Below are positions 36,401 through 40,504 of a DNA stretch of 40,504 bases, one piece after another. The notes beneath the pieces are model-generated. The model was given only the letters and a program-made list of their open reading frames with translations, searched no databases and was not told where the DNA came from. The translations under genes and the position numbers were made by a program. This DNA comes from Octopus bimaculoides. Its lineage: Eukaryota. The stretch lies in the NCBI RefSeq assembly GCF_001194135.2, contig NC_068989.1, positions 62,707,746-62,748,249 on the forward strand. The letters run 5' to 3'. Each line of letters begins with the position of its first letter. Positions within the stretch are counted from its first letter, which is position 1.

Positions 36401-36552
36401 TGTGTATGTCTGTATATATATANNNNNNNNNNNNNNNNNNNNNNNNNNNNNNNNNNNNNNNNNNNNNNNNNNNNNNNNNNNNNNNNNNNNNNNNNNNNNN
36501 NNNNNNNNNNNNNNNNNNNNNNNNNNNNNNNNNNNNNNNNNNNNNNNNNNNN

Positions 36553-36593
<41 letters not shown>

Positions 36594-38191
36594 TATATAT
36601 ATTTATTTATATATATATATATACATATGTATATATATACACATCAGTGCATTTCTATATGTTTGAATCTATGTTCATAATGTAGAAGTAAGAATAATTG
36701 TTACAATCCACTTACTAGCGATGTATGTGTCATTAAAATGTAGCTGTAATTAAATTGATTAAAATGATAATCAAAACCGACATTATTGCTAATCGTCATG
36801 GAGTAGCATTAATTTATTGCCAATTATATTAATTTATATAATAATAACCGATATAAATATTGGTTGCTTAATTGGTTGTTTCTCCGGTAACTGGCTGGTT
36901 GAATTTTCAGATAACGCTTTACGTCGTATACAGAGCAGGAGAGAGTGTGTAAAAAAGAGAGACAGACACACGATGCGATAAAATGAGGTGAAGTATGAGG
37001 GGACATACAAGGGCTGAGGTAGGATGAGGAGAAAAGAGCGTGCAAATGGAAACGTAGTTATGGTTGGATTTATACAAATGAGCAATATGTCTATGTAATT
37101 TAGTTGAAATTAATAAAAACATTTTCCTCTTGAAAATTACTCTTCATTCCATTGCTTAAAGTATCATGAAATTCAATAAATTTTAAATTATAGTTTCTCG
37201 ATGCATGAGGTATTTTCTGATATTGCCCATTGAGGCAAATTTATAATTCTAGTGTATTCGTCATATAATGGGTAATACTTCTGTATTGTTTAATGAATTC
37301 TGCTATAAAGTTTGAACACGAAAGCACTTTTATGAGGCTAGTGTTCTTTATATTGGAAATAAACGAAATCACAAATTGAAGTTAGTTACTGGCGTTTTGT
37401 ATCAACAAGTTCCAGTTATATCTATATTGTATGTTAATACCGATATGTAATACAAAATGTTCAAATAATTTGCACTATTTATCCTGTGAGACTAAAGGAG
37501 ATCAACTTTGCTGTCAATCGAATCCAATTGCAAATTATAATAATTTAATCACTTTTAAATCTCTTTCTACAGCCATAGAACATTAATGATGAATAGTTGA
37601 AAATCTTTACTGCGTCTCCTGCATATAACAAAAAATAACAAGACGGTCACTGTTGAAAACATTTTAATCCTTCTGTTGCTCAATCACAAACTATCTGAAA
37701 TAAATATCAGGAAAAGCTGTGTGCAATGCGGAAGGTATACAGTTAACTCTGGGTCGCTACACCTGATAGAAGCCGCAGCCAAATAACATATTCTACAAAT
37801 CACAAACTAAGCATTTTTACCTACAGTTAAGACAAATTGACAATTTGTGGTTCCAAATACAGAGTCTGAAAATGAAATTCAGGAGAGTCACTATTGGATA
37901 AAATTTCTGCTTTGTGAATTAAAATGCATTACTACTGTTTACCGATTATTGTATCATCGTATTCACTAGCCACAAACACAATATAAGTAGATTTTATTTT
38001 CATTTATATATTATGATTAAATTGACCAACTATATATCTCTCATATAAACTAATTTTAGTTAAATGATCAAAACATCTTCAAATTTTCAACCAAGGAGAA
38101 AAAATTAAATATTTTCTCTCTAGCTATTTTCTAATTTTAGACGGAAATGCACAAAAATGATTAATTTCATATATTGATAGATTTTATCATG

Positions 38192-38243
38192 TTTTCCTTT
38201 TAATCGACTTACGAACATTTTCCTTTTAATCGACTTAAGAACA
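38192..38243. repeat. 26-bp tandem duplication
   Basis: TTTTCCTTTTAATCGACTTA(C/A)GAACA twice. Confidence 0.9.
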
Positions 38244-38907
38244 CTAATCTGTCTTGCTTTAAGTAGATTTGTCTAGGAATGATTTCAACTCGCTTGTAAA
38301 AGATAAAGGAGAAAGTGAAATGCAAAATAAAAATATAAGAATAACAATAAATATAATAACTCAACGGTGTTTCAGAAAGTGATATCAGATAAAACGTTTC
38401 TATACCAATACCAGTACATATTTACAGAAATATAGAAAGGTAGAAATAATCACGTTCTCATTAATCTTGTTCGTGGATAGAGCTGCAGACGTGTGTGCGT
38501 GTGTATGTATGTATGTGTGTGTGTGTGTATGTGCGCGTGTGCGTGTGTGTGTATGTGTGTGTGTAGAAATGCCGTCTGCATACGGTAAAGCAATGGGCAT
38601 ACTAGCTTCACTATCATAGGAATTTGGGATCGAACCAATAGTCTGGCAAAGCGGACACTTGTCATTCGGGCGAACCTAAGTTTTTTTGTGTGATATTAGG
38701 CAGACGAGACGGAATCGCTTTAAACGCCTATCGGATGTATTACAAGAATGATTTATAGTTCAGTTTTTTCCACTTATGGCATCTTACTTCTGACTGAGAA
38801 TAACCTTCGACATGAGTGTATTAAATGAACATGCATATTCAAATAGTTATAAGCTAATTGACCAATCACTAATATACCTTGATTACATAACCGAATATTT
38901 ATCTACT

Positions 38908-38968
<61 letters not shown>

Positions 38969-39439
38969 ATATTATTGTATTTCAATATTCATTCCTCTTC
39001 CTCTACATCTGTGCCTATGATTTTTTTCTTTGTCCTCTCTCCCTACCTCTGCCTTCCTTTTCAGTTTCTTTCCATTGTAGGTTGACGGATTACATATGCC
39101 TTCTGATAACTCATTTCGTTTCTATCTTTCAGCTCACATACCAATGAATTTTACTACTCATTATGTATGTTGTATCTCTTCCACGATGTGTTTACTGTAA
39201 CATTGATTTGACATTTCTCATATACGTTTATCGTAATCAACTATTTTATTTTCATCAGAAAACTTGAATTTATTTGTCGTATGCATTCTTCTTTCTTCTC
39301 ATGTATTATCTAATCATGTCCAAATAGTATCCTCTTGTTTCTTGTTCATCTGTTCTCTTCGTTCTTGTGACTAACTCTAAACTATATAGATTCTTGGTTA
39401 TTAAGCTCTTTTTCTTATTATATCTATTGACTAAGACCT

Positions 39440-39680
39440 TTTGAGCGGGATCGGCCCCACCTGCAAGGTCATGCGCTGTTTATCTTGATATGAGATCACC
39501 ATGTCGCGCACATATGGTTGTGATACATGTGCCTGGTATACCCGTATCATACGGGTAGTCATGATGAGTATAATGGGCTTCGAACATTTTACCCCAGTGT
39601 CACTTTGATGGCATGCACTTCTTTCTCAATCAATAATAATAATAATAATGATAATAATAATAATAGTGATAATAATGATA
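39440..39680 (+). mobile_element. Putative 3' end of a non-LTR retroelement with (AAT)n tail
   Basis: GC-richer island ending directly in (AAT)n, with an internal stem-loop at 39539-39557; no coding signal. Confidence 0.35.
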
Positions 39681-40333
39681 ATAAACATATATTTATATAT
39701 ACTTATAGAGAAATTACACAAGTTTGTTTCAAATTATTTTGTCAGATATTTTGTAACGTAGTATGGTATCGATGTATGAAATCAAATTTAAATTCAAACA
39801 CTTAAAAATCTATATTTTAATTAAATGTGTCTCTATTACCTTTTTTCTTTTATATCATACAAGTAGGATCTTCATAGATGTTTTTGCAATATATTATACA
39901 ATATCAAAATGCAAAACAATCACAACAGGTAAATAATATGTTTATGTATATGTGTCGAAGTATAATTTGCAGAGCATCAAACAGAAAAACAATAATCACT
40001 CACTTCAATGTAGAGATCTAACATTCTTCCTGAAAAATCCCTGTTTTTTTTTGTTTTTTTTTACATACAAATATCTAGGTTTCAGTTAAACAGGGTTTGC
40101 TGGAGATAGAAAATGGTGGGGTGGAGTAGTAATCCTTCCCCATCTAGAGATGACGGGAATATTTTTGCATCATTATTCATCTTCAAACTCTGGTTCGACA
40201 GAGAGTCATTAATATATTTTTATGCAATCGTTTTAATGTATGTTGTCGAGTATTTGTTCTATTATATCATTGGAAAATATCTATCAAGTCCTAAGTATCA
40301 TGAAATAAAAGAGAAAATGCATTGATCTGATTA

Positions 40334-40396
<63 letters not shown>

Positions 40397-40504
40397 CAAT
40401 GTTAATTCTCTAAATGAAGTATTAACAGTAACTGCACGATAAAGTGTAGTATATTGCCACTTAAGTGTGGCTGACCCCTAGGGGTGGATGTTACTGTTGC
40501 TTTT

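Noticed and set aside
37572-37734. Strong plus-strand acceptor and possible donor
   Set aside because: All three frames close quickly; at most a non-coding exon, untestable here.
38565-38675. GC-richer stretch reading VRPNDKCPLCQTIG on the minus strand
   Set aside because: A single CxxC, a poor acceptor and no domain context.
40460-40504. Possible start of another interspersed repeat
   Set aside because: Cut off by the window edge; too short to support.

Overview
AT-rich, microsatellite-dense animal DNA with seven N gaps and no host gene I can recognise. The SINE families resemble those I recall from Octopus, so a cephalopod intron or intergenic region is likely (inference). Identifiable content is transposable-element debris: a HERO-like non-LTR RT remnant, a LINE 3' remnant, a Tc1 transposase with DD36E spacing, mariner remnants, several tRNA-derived SINEs, and a 5'-truncated Penelope-like element (PLE) with RT and GIY-YIG domains. 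The main finding is at the PLE 3' end. About 40 nt after the stop codon it carries a tRNA-like Pol III head (A and B boxes), an (AAT)n linker, a minimal type I hammerhead-ribozyme motif and a stem-loop tail. Parts of this module recur without the ORF at 5964-6429 and 14443-14692. Both are head-to-head inverted insertions flanked by 12-bp TSDs, with the full tail on one arm only. This suggests a ribozyme-bearing, tRNA-headed SINE or retrozyme-like unit mobilised by PLE machinery. A separate 488-bp foldback (24409-24896) carries a second, more minimal hammerhead-like motif. Every ribozyme copy here is mutated, so activity is inferred only for the reconstructed consensus. Novelty has not been checked against any database.
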